From contig NC_042999.1 in the NCBI RefSeq assembly GCF_006345805.1, forward strand, positions 55,056,001-55,120,000: a DNA stretch of 64,000 nucleotides, given 5' to 3'. Positions 25,506 to 37,959 of this stretch are shown here, piece after piece. The stretch is from Octopus sinensis. Taxonomy: Eukaryota. A model generated the notes under the pieces. That model made no database searches. It worked only from the letters and a program-made list of their open reading frames with translations, and had not been told where the DNA came from. A program made the position numbers and the translations under genes. Every line of letters starts with the position of its first letter. Position 1 is the stretch's first letter.

Positions 25506-25885
25506 ATTCTTTTATTTGTTTCAGTCATTTGACTGCGGCCATGCTGGAGCACCGCCTTTAGTCGAACAAATCGACCCCAGGACTTAATCTATGTAAGCCT
25601 AGTATTTATTCTATCGGAATTTTTTTTTTTTGCCGAACCGCTACGTTACAGGGACGTAAACACACCAGCATCGGTTGTCAAGCGATGGAGGGGGACAAAC
25701 ACAGACACACAAACACACACACATATATATTTGTGTGTGTGTATATATATATATATATATGTACGACGGGCTTCTTTCAGTTTCCGTCTACCGAGGCTAT
25801 AGTAGAGACACTTGCCCAAAGTGCCACGCAGTGGGACTGAAACCGGAGCCATGTGATGGGAAGCAAGCTACAGCCACTTCTGCGC
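25505..25885 (-). mobile_element. SINE family B
   Basis: Reverse complement of the 20618-21029 pattern. Confidence 0.9.
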
Positions 25886-25909
25886 TAATATATATATATA
25901 GATATATAT

Positions 25910-25942
<33 letters not shown>

Positions 25943-26006
25943 ATATATATAAATATATGTATGTATACATATATGCATATATATATATGTGTGTATGTAT
26001 GTAGTG

Positions 26007-26039
<33 letters not shown>

Positions 26040-26493
26040 ATATGCATATATGTATATAAATATAAACATCCAAAGATATATGTATGAAAGCATGTTTACC
26101 TGAGTGTAATGCGTGCAAGTATGCTTGTGCACGTGTATGTATATCTATGTGTATTTAATACCTTTATGTCTCCATGTATGCATGGGTGTATGTATGGTGC
26201 TTGCGTTTATTATTTTTTTTTTGTTTGTTTGTTTGTTTCTTGTTTTCACGTGTGTGAATATCTATGTAAGTGTGTATTTACGTTTGTGTATATATATGTA
26301 TTTGTATGCCAGCACAAACATAATCCTACTTAAGCGACGATTCTCACAAAACAAAGCCATGTGATACATGCCAAACTCGGGTTAACACTCATAATGCCGT
26401 GTAAGGTGTTTCAACGACATTTATCTATCTATCTATTAGTTTTTTTACATGTATTATTTGTATAAACTCTTCTCCATTATTATTATTATATTA

Positions 26494-26552
<59 letters not shown>

Positions 26553-26809
26553 TTATCATTATTATTATTATTATTATTACTTCGACTATTGTCATTATTA
26601 TCACTATCATTCCTAGCATTATTATTGTTATTATTATCATTATTAAACTGCTACTACCACTACTATTGCTATTGTTGTTGTTGTTCGTGATATTTCAAAA
26701 CGGCTAAAGTTAGCAGTGTTTTTTTTTTATACTTACACGCATGCGTGGAAACAAATACATTGAAGACTGTTCTATTCAACAGTAGAATGAATTTGCTTAT
26801 CAAATAATA

Positions 26810-26840
<31 letters not shown>

Positions 26841-26996
26841 GGAGGATGATTGTGATGAGGATTTTTTTTATTGATCACATGAGCAACACAAACACAAAAA
26901 CATTTAGTGGCTTACTAAAATCATTGACGTGCAAAATACGTTACAAAATGACTAACTCGAGTTACACATTCTTACTATGACCGCCTATAAGCATGC

Positions 26997-27288
26997 TTGT
27001 GCATACACCCACGCATACATACATACATACATACATACATACATACATACATACATGCATACTGCATACATACATGCATGCATGCATGCATACATACATA
27101 CATACATTCATACATACATACATACATACATAATACATACATACATACATACATACGTACATACATATATACATACATGCATACATTCATACATACATAC
27201 ATGCATGCATGCATGCATACATACATACATACATACATACATACATACATACAAATATGCATACATATATACATACATACATATATAC
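26997..27288. repeat. (CATA)n compound microsatellite
   Basis: Direct sequence. Confidence 0.95.
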
Positions 27289-27926
27289 AAGAATCTACAG
27301 TATGGTAGAAGTTATAGCCACTGTTAATAAAAAGGAATACTGGTGGAATGTCCCAGTGAAGACCTCAATAAAATGTAAGCACAACAGACCTGACATAGTG
27401 ATTTGGAATAGGGAAGAGAAACTGTGTAGTTGTGGAAATTTGTTGCCTAGCGGATGTTAACATAAATCTGAAGATCAGTCAAACAGTGAATAGCTGCGCT
27501 GACTATTGAGAAATCTGCAGTTACTCTATCCAGATTACAAGTTCAGGTTTATACCGGTAATTATTGGGGCACTGGGATATGTAACATACTGCCTAAATAC
27601 GAATCCTGAGGAATTAGGCTTCTTAAAACCAGAAAGGAGAAAGCTAATGCGAAGATTACAGATGCAATCCATCACTGGAACTGTAAGAATCTGTAAAAGT
27701 TTCCAGAAGTTTATCATTAAAATATGTATGAGCACGTTTAGATATGCAACTATAAGCGTGAGAATACATACATAAAACAAACCATACAAATCTGCACGTA
27801 TACATACATACATATATACAGAAATACCCAGTTGATGTTGAAATTCCAATGAAGGAGCCTTGGATTTAGGTTAAAAACCGGCTCTTTCTCTACTGGCAAG
27901 AAATCTTGAAATAAACTGAATGATGA
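27289..27926 (+). mobile_element. R4/Dong-like RLE LINE, 5'-truncated 3' end (RLE domain plus 3'UTR)
   Basis: KHNRPDIVIWNREEK, LQLLYPDYKFRFIPVIIGALG, QSITGTVRICKSFQKF; 3' end aaataaactgaatgatga followed by catacatg. Confidence 0.88.
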
Positions 27927-28013
27927 CGGACATACATGTATACGTATATACATATATATATATGTGTGTTTGCGTGTGTGTGTGAGAGAGAGGGTGTGTG
28001 TGATAGTGTGTGA

Positions 28014-28068
<55 letters not shown>

Positions 28069-28109
28069 CGTGTAATGTACGGAATGGAAAAGATAAATAA
28101 AGACGAAAT

Positions 28110-28470
28110 ATCCTCAAATCCTTAAAAATGTTTCAGCCCGAAGGCTGCGGCCATGCTGGGGAACCACCGTTGAATGAGCTACACTAGTATGTGAACCCAC
28201 CTCTGATACGTGTCACTTGATCGACTAGGGAGTTCGATGCCGCTGCCCGCATCTGTGTCTCCTGCCGAGAGGTATGTTCATCTGGGACCCTCGACAAGAA
28301 GAGATCCAGTTTAGTTTTAAAGAAACCCACATCCACACCATGCAAGTCTCTCATGCATTTAGGGAGGATGTTGAAGAGCTGCGGTCCTCTGAAACCCAAG
28401 CTGTTGCAGTATCTGGTCCTGTATTTTGATGCTGATGTTGGAATCTTTGGCACCATGCAATGGCGCCCCG
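28110..28470 (-). mobile_element. CR1-like LINE 3' end with terminal stem-loop
   Basis: RYCNSLGFRGPQLFNILPKCMRDL..FKTKLDLFLSRVPDE..AASNSLVDQ, then ccagcatggccgCAGCC-ttcg-GGCTGaaaca. Confidence 0.85.
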
Positions 28471-28926
28471 ATTAATATTTTTATTAAATGTTTAATATTT
28501 TACTTATACTCGACGATGTAAAAAACTTGAACGTTAGCTAAATGAGTTTTATGAGTGTTACAAGTTATGTAACAAACAATGTTTAGCTATGAAACATATG
28601 TAGTTTCTATTTCCATTTCCCATCTCTTATATTCTTGCATTTTTATTCACATGTTAAGCAATTTTAGTTGCTAAACCGAGAGTTATGCAGTGACTGTCAG
28701 CAGATTGAAATTTCCATTGATTTCGGTATGGAACAAAGTGTATAACGATGCTTATTAAACTTTATCATATATTGGCCTCCATTTGTCCTCTCTACTTCCA
28801 GTGTACAGACTTGAAGCTTACTCATTTCCAACACCTGGAACCCTGGATCGCACTTACACACACACACACACACACACCATAATTGTACTACTTCATCTCC
28901 TGCGCTTTAACTGTTTTTTGCGCCGT

Positions 28927-28927
28927 G

Positions 28928-28970
<43 letters not shown>

Positions 28971-29171
28971 TTATCTATCTATCTGTCTATCTATCTGTCT
29001 ATCTATCTATATATATACATATATATATATATATACATACATACATATATATGTACACACACGCGCGCGCACACACACACATACACACACATATGCATAT
29101 ACACAAGTATGTACTTGGGTGTTTATATAGTACTAAAATCTACTACTACTAAAAATAATAACAATCATAGC

Positions 29172-29208
<37 letters not shown>

Positions 29209-29212
29209 CAAC

Positions 29213-29268
<56 letters not shown>
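28927..29268. repeat. (TATC)n, (TA)n, (CA)n, (CAA)n(TAA)n microsatellites
   Basis: Direct sequence. Confidence 0.93.
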
Positions 29269-29270
<2 letters not shown>

Positions 29271-29739
29271 TGCCCGTCATCTTCACCTATTCTCATGAAT
29301 AAATGGAGTTTAACAATAAAACCAGAATAACTTTAATGACGTAGACAGGAGTTCAGGTGAAAACGTCACTTCCGGCAGGTGTGCAATGTTAGAGCAAGTA
29401 GTACCCGGATGTCGTCTAACAATTTTGCTAGAAGAAGGATTTATGGTAAACGGAGATGAAGTAAAGGAGCAATATATGTAGTATTGATGGAATGCTGGTT
29501 GAGAGCTAGGAATGAAGAAGGTAAGGGACGTTGTGTGGGTGGGGGTGATTGTTCACTAAGTGGAAAAGCACAGATATGCTTGAGTTGGCAGAAAAATAAG
29601 TTAATGAACCAAGCATGTATGATCACAGAAGAGGTTGGCTAATATCAGGTGGGTGGTAAGGACGTTTAGGAAGAGCTGAACGGCAGGAGGTCCACATCAT
29701 GCAAGTCTTTCATTATTATTTTTTTTTTTTTGTTTTGTT

Positions 29740-30088
29740 TTCTTTCTACTCAAGGCACAAGGCTCGAAATTTTGGGGGACGGGGGCCAGTTGAAAGGATG
29801 AAAGGCAAAGTCGACCTCGGCGGAATTTGAACTCAGAACATAAAGACAGACGAAATACCTATTTCTTTACAACCCACAAGAGGCTAAAGACAGAGAGGAC
29901 AAACAAGGACAGACAAACGGATTAAGTCCATTATATTGACCCCAGTGCGTAACTGGTACTTATTTAATCGACCCCGAAAGGATGAAAGGCAAAGTCGACC
30001 TCGGCGGAATTTGAACTCAGAACGTAACGGGTCGATGTAATCCTTCCCCCAAATTCGAGGTGTTGTACTTCCAGGGGAAAGAATTATT
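29740..30088. mobile_element. SINE family A pieces in opposite orientations (junction 30029/30030)
   Basis: 29740-30029 is minus-strand; 30030-30088 (ggtcgatgtaatc..ccccaaattcgagg..gaaagaattatt) is a plus-strand 3' end. Confidence 0.8.
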
Positions 30089-30504
30089 TTAACACTTTGC
30101 CTGTCTAGAGCATTCTCATAAGTTCTCCCTAAACGTCCATGTTTGTTTTCAGACTTTTAGTCAGCCGTTATTTTCTATTTTCTGAGTGATATGAAGTTTT
30201 CCTTTAATAAATTCCAAGTTACTCTGGTAGTTGGAAAAACTTGGGAACGTGTATCCTATGCGATGCATGGACGCCACGGAAATATGTTCGGTGAGTAATC
30301 AGGTGTGTGGTTCATACGACAAGCAAGGTTGTACGTCCTTACACTCTGAGAGGGTTCAGCCACATCCAGGCCATGACTCCTGTATACTCCTCTGCTTCCA
30401 CATTCTGTTTGCATTCCAGCTTGCATTTTCCTGAGTGGTGAGGGTACCCTAGGGACAAAGTACCTTGATATCGTAAACACTTCGATCTGAGACACAAGCT
30501 GAAT

Positions 30505-30905
30505 TCTTATTATTTTATTCTTTTATTTGTTCCAGTCGTTTGACCGCGGCCATACTGGAGCACCGCCTTTAGTCGAACAAATCGACCCCAGGAACTATTT
30601 TTTGTAAGCCTACTACTTATTGTATCGATGTCTTTTGCCGAACCGCTAGTTGACCGGGACGTAAACACACCAACATCGGTTGTCAAGCGATGGGAAGCGG
30701 TACAAACACAGACGCAAAAGTACATATATACATATGTATATTCGACGAGCTTCTTTCAGTTTCCGTCTACCAAATCCACTCACAAGGCTTTGGTCGGTCC
30801 GAGGCTATAGTAGAAGACACTTGTCCAAGGTGCTATGCAGTGAGATTGAACCCGGAACCATGTAGTTGAGAAGTAAGCTTCTTACCACACGGTACTCCTG
30901 CGCCT
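30505..30905 (-). mobile_element. SINE family B
   Basis: Family B pattern on the minus strand. Confidence 0.9.
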
Positions 30906-30910
30906 GTATG

Positions 30911-30941
<31 letters not shown>

Positions 30942-31043
30942 GTTATAATGTATATATAAAAATAAAAAATTGTATAATACAGCAGCATTTTCGAACTTCA
31001 TTTTTTACAAATATATACCTACTCGTATACGAGCTAATCCTAT

Positions 31044-31075
<32 letters not shown>

Positions 31076-31259
31076 GATATATATATATACTATATATAAT
31101 ATATATAATATATATATATATAACGGGAAGCTTTATGAAAATAGACAAAAGACGAAGGCAGGTTTACGGAAATAAACAATATATATATTATATATATAAT
31201 ATATATATCGCTTTTGGATTTGGTTTACAAGGTTCTTTATGTAATTTCGTGTGTTGAAG

Positions 31260-31502
31260 TATATTCTATTGTGTCTGGGGAGAGTCATTCTCTTTTAGTG
31301 CCTTCTAATTTAACACACTCGCCGGTAAAATTTCCACTTATTTCTTTTTTATTGTTCTAAAATTTTCTATGCGTCTTGTAACTTTTTCAACTTTTTGAAA
31401 GTCAAAACTGTAGAAAAGATTGGAAGACGCAACGAAAATTTTACCGGTGTGTTAAATTATAAGGCACCAAAAGAGAATGACTCTCCTCAGACACAATAGT
31501 AT
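31260..31502. mobile_element. MITE with ~70-bp TIRs (probably Tc1/mariner type, TA context)
   Basis: ctattgtgtctggggagagtcattctctttt..ccggtaaaattt versus aaattttaccgg..aaagagaatgactctcctcagacacaatag. Confidence 0.88.
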
Positions 31503-31722
31503 GTGTATATATATATAATGTTGGCAAATGAAATAGAGATAAGAATGTGCATTGTCCGTTTGATTGGAAAATTCTATAAGTGGCTGAAGATTGCTCGACA
31601 TTTTAAAACTGATGTAATACTTACAGTGTTTAATAAATGAAGTAGCATGAAACCATTGTACTACTCTACTCGGATATACTTGTTGCGTATTGATTTTATA
31701 TGATATATATTATATATATATA

Positions 31723-31778
<56 letters not shown>

Positions 31779-32361
31779 GGACAAAAACGCAATAGAGGTG
31801 AATAAGGCACTTAAAGGTAAGGCTTAAATAGGAGCAAGACAGCTCTAAAATCTGTATGAAGGATAAAAGAAAGTAACAATTTCGTGCTTTCACTTAAGAG
31901 ATAAATTAGTTACATTGGAGAGAAAGATGACATATATCTACTGCCTGGTGACTGAAGTATTCCGAAATTGGGGCGAGGTGTAGATTATCCCACCACAACG
32001 GCGGTTATATTACTTGACTCAACATGCATAAATATAAAGGGATTACTGCACCTGTTGCAGATTTAATCGACGGATTTGTTCCAATAATCCACACTGCTCT
32101 ATTTTCCTTTGATTTCGCCTTCATTTGATTGATTACTAAAACATCTGGTAACTCTCTCTTTCAGTCGACTTTCACTTTATGTTCTTGGTATTTTAAAATG
32201 GGCTGTCATACCTACATACTTGCATGCATACATACATACATACATACATACATACATACATACATACATACATACATAATTACAGACATGCACAGATTCA
32301 TACTTACATACATACATATACATATGTATATACATACGTATATACATACATACATACATAC

Positions 32362-32673
32362 ATCACGTGATCACGTGATCGACCAGGCTACTTGGCTATG
32401 TTGTTACACATCGCTGGTCACAATGCGCTTCGCATTGTTTTAGCCTTCAAATGACGCCACCCCGCTGGCTAAGCGAGCAGGCCAAGAGAAGAAAGAGTGA
32501 AAGAAAGTTGTGACGAAAGAGTACAGCAGAGATCACCACCACCCCCTGCCGGAGCCTTGTGGAGCTTTAGATGTTTTCGCTCAATAAACACTCACAACGC
32601 CCGGTCTGGGAATCGAAACCGCGATCCTACGACCGCGAGTCCGCTGCCCTAACAACTGGGCCATTGCGCCTCC
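32362..32673 (-). mobile_element. tRNA-derived SINE family D
   Basis: Minus head ggaggcgcaatggcccagttgttagggcagcggactcgcggtcgtaggatcgcggtttcgattcccag (A/B boxes); tail gatcacgtgatcacgtgat. Confidence 0.85.
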
Positions 32674-32712
32674 ACACATACATACATACATACATACATA
32701 CAAACATAACTA

Positions 32713-32764
<52 letters not shown>

Positions 32765-33318
32765 TATATAGAAGGAGCTTCTACCGGACTAGAACTGTTT
32801 CATTCAAGAGAAATCTTCAGGAAGCTATTAACAAAATTGTATTGGCATTTATATCATTTAGGCAGGTTTGTGGGGGACTTTTTTGGGGGTAGGCATAGCG
32901 TAAAATATCATACTTGGGGGAGTGGTCAAGGAGTCAGTGTTAAATTAGATAGAAGAATAAATAAAAAGATAAAAAAATAAAATAAAAAACCTATATATAA
33001 AAAAAACCTATATATAAAAAAAACCTATATATAAAAAAAGGGGGAATAGAGTTTTAGGAATAGAGTTTTATATATAGGTTTTTTATTTTATTTTTTTAAT
33101 CTTTTTATTTATTCTTCTATCTAATTTAACACTGACTCCTTGACCACTCCCCCAAGTATGATATTTTACGCTATGCCTACCCCCAAAAAAAGTCCCCCAC
33201 CAACACCCCGTTAAACCTGCCTAAATGTATAAATGCCAATACAATTCTTGTTAACTAGCTTCCTGAAGATTTCTCTTGAATGAAACAGTTCTAGTCCTGT
33301 AGAAGCTCCTTCTATATA
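32765..33318. mobile_element. Near-perfect ~240-bp inverted repeat, each arm carrying a hammerhead motif (PLE-like inverted terminal repeats)
   Basis: 32765-33000 is the reverse complement of ~33066-33318; the spacer has (aacctatatataaaaaaa)x3 and a duplicated ggaatagagtttta. Confidence 0.88.
33257..33307 (+). ncRNA. Type-I hammerhead motif (mirror copy on minus strand at 32776-32826)
   Basis: AGCTTC-CTGAAGA-tTTC tctt GAAt-GAAA-CAG ttctagtc CTG-TA-GAAGCT: 6-bp stem I, 4-bp stem III, GUA triplet; T.T mismatch at the stem II base. Confidence 0.75.
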
Positions 33319-33408
33319 TAAATTAATTTTACTCTGCTATGTATTGAGTACCTTATTTACTGTGGTTAACCCCGAATCAACCCGGGACCTACATATTTAT
33401 ATATATAT

Positions 33409-33454
<46 letters not shown>

Positions 33455-33512
33455 ATATATAATGGAATATATATATATGGAGTTAAACGCAGGTGTTATT
33501 CCAATCTTTTTA

Positions 33513-33559
33513 CTTCCGACATATGTTTCGAAGAAAACTTGGTATTCTTTCAGAGGGAA
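33513..33559 (-). ncRNA. Degenerate hammerhead-like motif
   Basis: Minus: TTCCct-CTGAAAGA..TTC-GAAA-CATATG-TC-GGAA; palindromic stem III ACATATGT, GUC triplet. Confidence 0.5.
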
Positions 33560-33824
33560 TAAAATGATGGTACTTGTGTGAATTTTACTACTACCCTGGT
33601 AACTATTTATTTTTATTTTTTTCCGTGTTATTTGTAAACATTGAAAAATACACATACATTTATATATATATATATATATAATATATATATAGATATATAT
33701 ATATATATATATAATAAGTATTTTTATTTCTTCATTAATATTAGCGCTTTCGTCCGTGTGTGTGTGTATTTATGTATGTATGTCTGTATGTATGTATGTA
33801 TGTATGTATGTATGTATGTATGTA

Positions 33825-34150
33825 TATCCAACCATATTGTTCCAGGTTCAGTCCCACTGCGTAGTACCTTGGTCAAGTGCCTTCTGCTATAGCATCGTGA
33901 GTGGATAGTATAGACTGAAACTGAAAGAAGCCCGTCGTATATACATGTGTGTGTGTATGTGTGAGTGCATCTTTGTGTCTGTGTTTAACCGCCACCATCA
34001 CTTTACAACATATATTAGTGTGTTTATGTCCCCGTAACTTAGCAGTTCGGCAAAAGAGACCGATAGAATAAAAATAAGTCTCAAGGTCGATTTCATCGAC
34101 TAAAACCCTTTAAGGCGTGCTCCAGCATGGTCGCTGTCAAATGATTGAAA
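33825..34150 (+). mobile_element. SINE family B (head partly lost)
   Basis: ggttcagtcccactgcg..ctccagcatggtcgctgtcaaatgattgaaacgagtaaaag. Confidence 0.85.
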
Positions 34151-34177
34151 CGAGTAAAAGAATAAAAGAATGATATA

Positions 34178-34220
<43 letters not shown>

Positions 34221-34770
34221 GTGCATGCATGTATGTGTGTGTTCTTGGACCCTCAGACAGAAGATAAACTGTTTTTACTTCAATTCTTATAAATTTTTAC
34301 TGATATTTGAAAAGATGAGATTCATCCTCGAAACTGGTGATATTTTCTTTATATAATTTTTTAATTCATTTTAATTAAATTCCCTTTTAAATTGAAATGT
34401 CTTTGACTTACTTCTGTGCTATTTACACCTCCATCTTTTATATATAAAAATTTGATTTGTATAGATCTATAATCTTTTTTCAGCTATGTGTGTGTATGTG
34501 TGTATGTATAATATAAATAATATATATATATGCATATATACACACACATGTACATATCTACATATCTATATGTAGATTTTTAACCCCAAGAGAACATTTC
34601 CGCTAGCCAGTTAACGACGAAGATGAAATTTCTTTTGAACAAGTTGTCGTTAGAACAGCAGAAAAAAAACCATTATCTTATTTATATCGTTCAATACACA
34701 TTTCGACACTTCTAATAAAAACAAATATTTGTTTGTTTACATTTATACACACATAGTTATTATATATACA

Positions 34771-34833
<63 letters not shown>

Positions 34834-35084
34834 GAAAAATATTGCTTTTCAATTTCTCATTCGTCTCCCTGGTTAGCGATTAACCAAAATACTTGACAGA
34901 ATTTATCTATAGTCGATGTAATTTCAGACCCTACCAGTATTGATGCTGAGGCCAAGCCCCAATCCGATATTGAACCTGTAATCGATATGGTCTATCGTTT
35001 CTATTCTAGTCAGAAAAAAATTGTATTTCTAAAGTAGCAGTAAATAGCCATAGTTTCTCCAGACATTAGTGATGTCATTAAAAG

Positions 35085-35310
35085 AGAATGGTAAAGCAGT
35101 GAGCTAGTAGAATCGCTTGCTGGGCAAAATGCTTAGAGGTATTTCGTCTGTCTTCTTTACGTTCTGAGTTCAAATTCTGCCGAGGTCGACTGTGCCTTTT
35201 ATCCCTTTCGGGGTCGACAAAATAAGTACTAGTTGAGTACTGGGTTCGATGTTATCGGTTTATCTCCCCCTTCGTAATTGCTGGTCTTCTGCCAAAACAA
35301 TAGAATTGCT
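35085..35310 (+). mobile_element. SINE family A, monomeric and decayed
   Basis: gcagtgagctagtagaatcgc..gagttcaaattctgccgaggtcgac. Confidence 0.82.
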
Positions 35311-35389
35311 TCAATTGGGAATCGAAACCTGGCCGTGGTCTTTACTCATTTTACTCGTCACCACTTCAGTAAAACTATTAATAAATATT

Positions 35390-35760
35390 CTGTTGCTATT
35401 GTTTGATTGTTTGTTGAGCGAAGCGGTCTTCGTCCCAGAGTTCTGAAGTTCGCGCCTCTGTAGTGGGAGAAGTCCGAAACGTGGTCCTTTGCTATTCGTA
35501 AAACCCACAGAAGAGAAAGCAGGTCAACCACCGACCCCGAGAGCATCGACGGATGGATGAATGCGCATCCAGGCTCAGCGGTTGCGTAGGAAGTCGGGGA
35601 CAAGAAACAGGAAAAAAGAGTGAGAGAAAGTTGGAGCGAAAGAGTACAACAGGGGTCGCCACCACCCCTGCTGGAGCTTCGTGGAGCTTTACGTGTTTTC
35701 GCTCAATAAACACACACAACGTCCGGCCTGGGAATCGAAACCGCGATCCTCCGACCGCCT
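35390..35760 (-). mobile_element. SINE with family D head/body but a different 3' tail ending in decayed (CAA)n
   Basis: 35620-35757 matches 32497-32635; the downstream part (to ~35412 gaccgcttcgctc, then aacaaacaatc..) is unrelated to the 32362 tail. Confidence 0.75.
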
Positions 35761-36494
35761 CCACGTTGTTGCTTGTTCAGATTCAGGGAACATTTGATTA
35801 AATTCTTTCCAGCCGTGACCATTCTGTCTTTTTTATGTATCACCCAATGTGTTCTTTTAAGACAGTAGATTGTGATGAGAGATTTGGGGGTCCTATTTCG
35901 TATGAGTTAAGCAAGAAATAGGAGCCAAGCAGTTCTGTAATCGCAAAGCTCCAGCTGTGACCATCCCGTCTTATATTCTTACTATGCACATTCACAACTT
36001 ACATTAACCAACGTGTCCTTCCTTTTTTTTAATAATAGTAACATATGGTTTGTGTAGAAATGTACCTGTTATTTCTAGTCGTTCGGGGTTATCGTCCACG
36101 CAGAGGTTTGTTGTTTAGTCTGACACGATATAAACGATGGAGTATGGTGGAGTGAACTTGGATACGATTAAGTATTTAACAGCTCCTCCTCCTCCACTGC
36201 TCTCATTCTCTATTTGTAGTCGGCAGGTCGTCAACGAGTGGAGAGCATAAAGCTTAATAATATCGTTGATAGCAAAGAAGTAATAAATTCAACGTTAATT
36301 CATAAAAATGACGCTGTTATAAACCCTGACCAAAGAGGCCTCGTTGAGTACTTCTTACCATGGCGTGTTTACCCAGAGAGAAGAGGAGAGCGGGGTGGTT
36401 GATTTATGAGAGACATTTCTAACGAGGTTTTCTCGAAGTAAGGAGTATTAAGTGGAGAATCAAAGTTGTAAAGTAGATATATATACCAAGTATA

Positions 36495-36960
36495 TTATTA
36501 TCATTGAGTGAGAGAGCAGCGCATGCCATCAAAGTGACATACGAAGCCTAGTATACCCATCATGACTACCCGTCTGATAAGGGTACACCAGGCACATGCA
36601 TCACAACCATATGTGCGCGACATGGTGACCTTATCTCAAAATAAACAGCGCATAACCTTGCAGGTGGGGCCCAGTTCTAATTTTCTTTAGGTCGAATAGC
36701 CCATCTCGCTCAAAATGTCCCTGAATAAGGTTTGTTTAAGGATGTTGAATGAAATACCCATGTTTCCAAAGGTGAATTATTCAAACCCTAAAGAACTGAG
36801 CCCAACATATGGCTATGATTCTCTCCCACTACTTCTGCTCGTGGTCAGAGATTCACATATCGTCAGCCACTAAGGGACATGACCAACTGGTTAAGGTCAA
36901 ACAACTGACAAGCAAATCTGTGCCAATATTGAGCAGAATATGTATGTAGCCCATCATTTT
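36495..36960 (-). repeat. Unclassified interspersed retroposon with (TAA)n tail
   Basis: Its 3' end (gtcatgatgggtata..gtcactttgatggcatg..ctctctcactca+taataat) recurs at 5491-5580. Confidence 0.55.
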
Positions 36961-37010
36961 TATACCACAACAAAATATAACACATTCAATCAGTTAAGTT
37001 CTCCGGGCGT

Positions 37011-37680
37011 TTCTTCTTCTTCTTCTTCTTCTTCTTCTTCTTCTTCTTCTTCTTCTTCTTCTTCTTCTTCTTCTTCTTCTTCTTCTTCTTCTTCTTCTTC
37101 TTCTTCTTCTTCTTCCTTCTATTCAGTAGTTTTATTTTTATCACGTACTTTCACTTCACTACCAAGTACAGCTCTGTGTACCTTGGGTATATGCTGTGGT
37201 TTGCTGTGATGCTCTTATGTTATTGAAAGTGTTTCACGTAGGATGTGTGTGGTACCTAGTAGTGCTATTTTCTGTATTTATATATACTTGTTAGTTCTGG
37301 TGTTTTCGTTATGTATTTGTCTGAATATATTTTTATATCATACCTAGTGCACCTACTATGATAGGAATTGTTTCTGTTTTTAGATTCCACATTCGAGTTG
37401 CCTCTATTTCTAGGTCTTTGTATTTTGAACGTTTCTCCATTTCTCCATCTGTTGGTATTGATACATAAATTAGAAAGCATTTTTCTTTCTTCATGATCTC
37501 TGACAACTATATCTGGCCTATTGGCCTTAATTTCTATATATGTGTGTATTGGCATATCACATAGTATGGTTGCTTTCTCGTTTTCTGTGACCTTTTCTGG
37601 CATGTGCTTATACCATCTTTTTTCTGTTGTTATTCCATAGTGTTGGCATAGCTTTCAGTGTATATAGGTCTGTCGTGTCT
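37011..37680 (-). mobile_element. R4/Dong-like LINE 3' end (RLE plus 3'UTR) followed by (GAA)n
   Basis: ILCDMPIHTYIEIKANRPDIVVRD..; 3'UTR ends ataaaactactgaat (37121), then ~36 GAA units. Confidence 0.88.
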
Positions 37681-37760
37681 GTGAATATATTCCTTCTTAG
37701 CCAGGACTGACAGAGGAGTAAAGACTCCGGCACATTTTTACCTACACTGTGTTACGAAGT

Positions 37761-37761
37761 G

Positions 37762-37817
<56 letters not shown>

Positions 37818-37849
37818 TAATAATGATGATGATGATGATGATGATAATG

Positions 37850-37898
<49 letters not shown>

Positions 37899-37915
37899 TG
37901 ATGATGATGATGATG

Positions 37916-37959
<44 letters not shown>

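Noticed and set aside
35311-35508. ORF MGFTNSKGPRFGLL.. as the start of a LINE ORF behind a tRNA promoter
   Set aside because: It runs through a SINE tail, a decayed (CAA)n tract and another SINE head remnant; no domain motif.
36225-36400. 58-codon open stretch after a good plus-strand acceptor
   Set aside because: No convincing donor before the stop and no recognisable protein.
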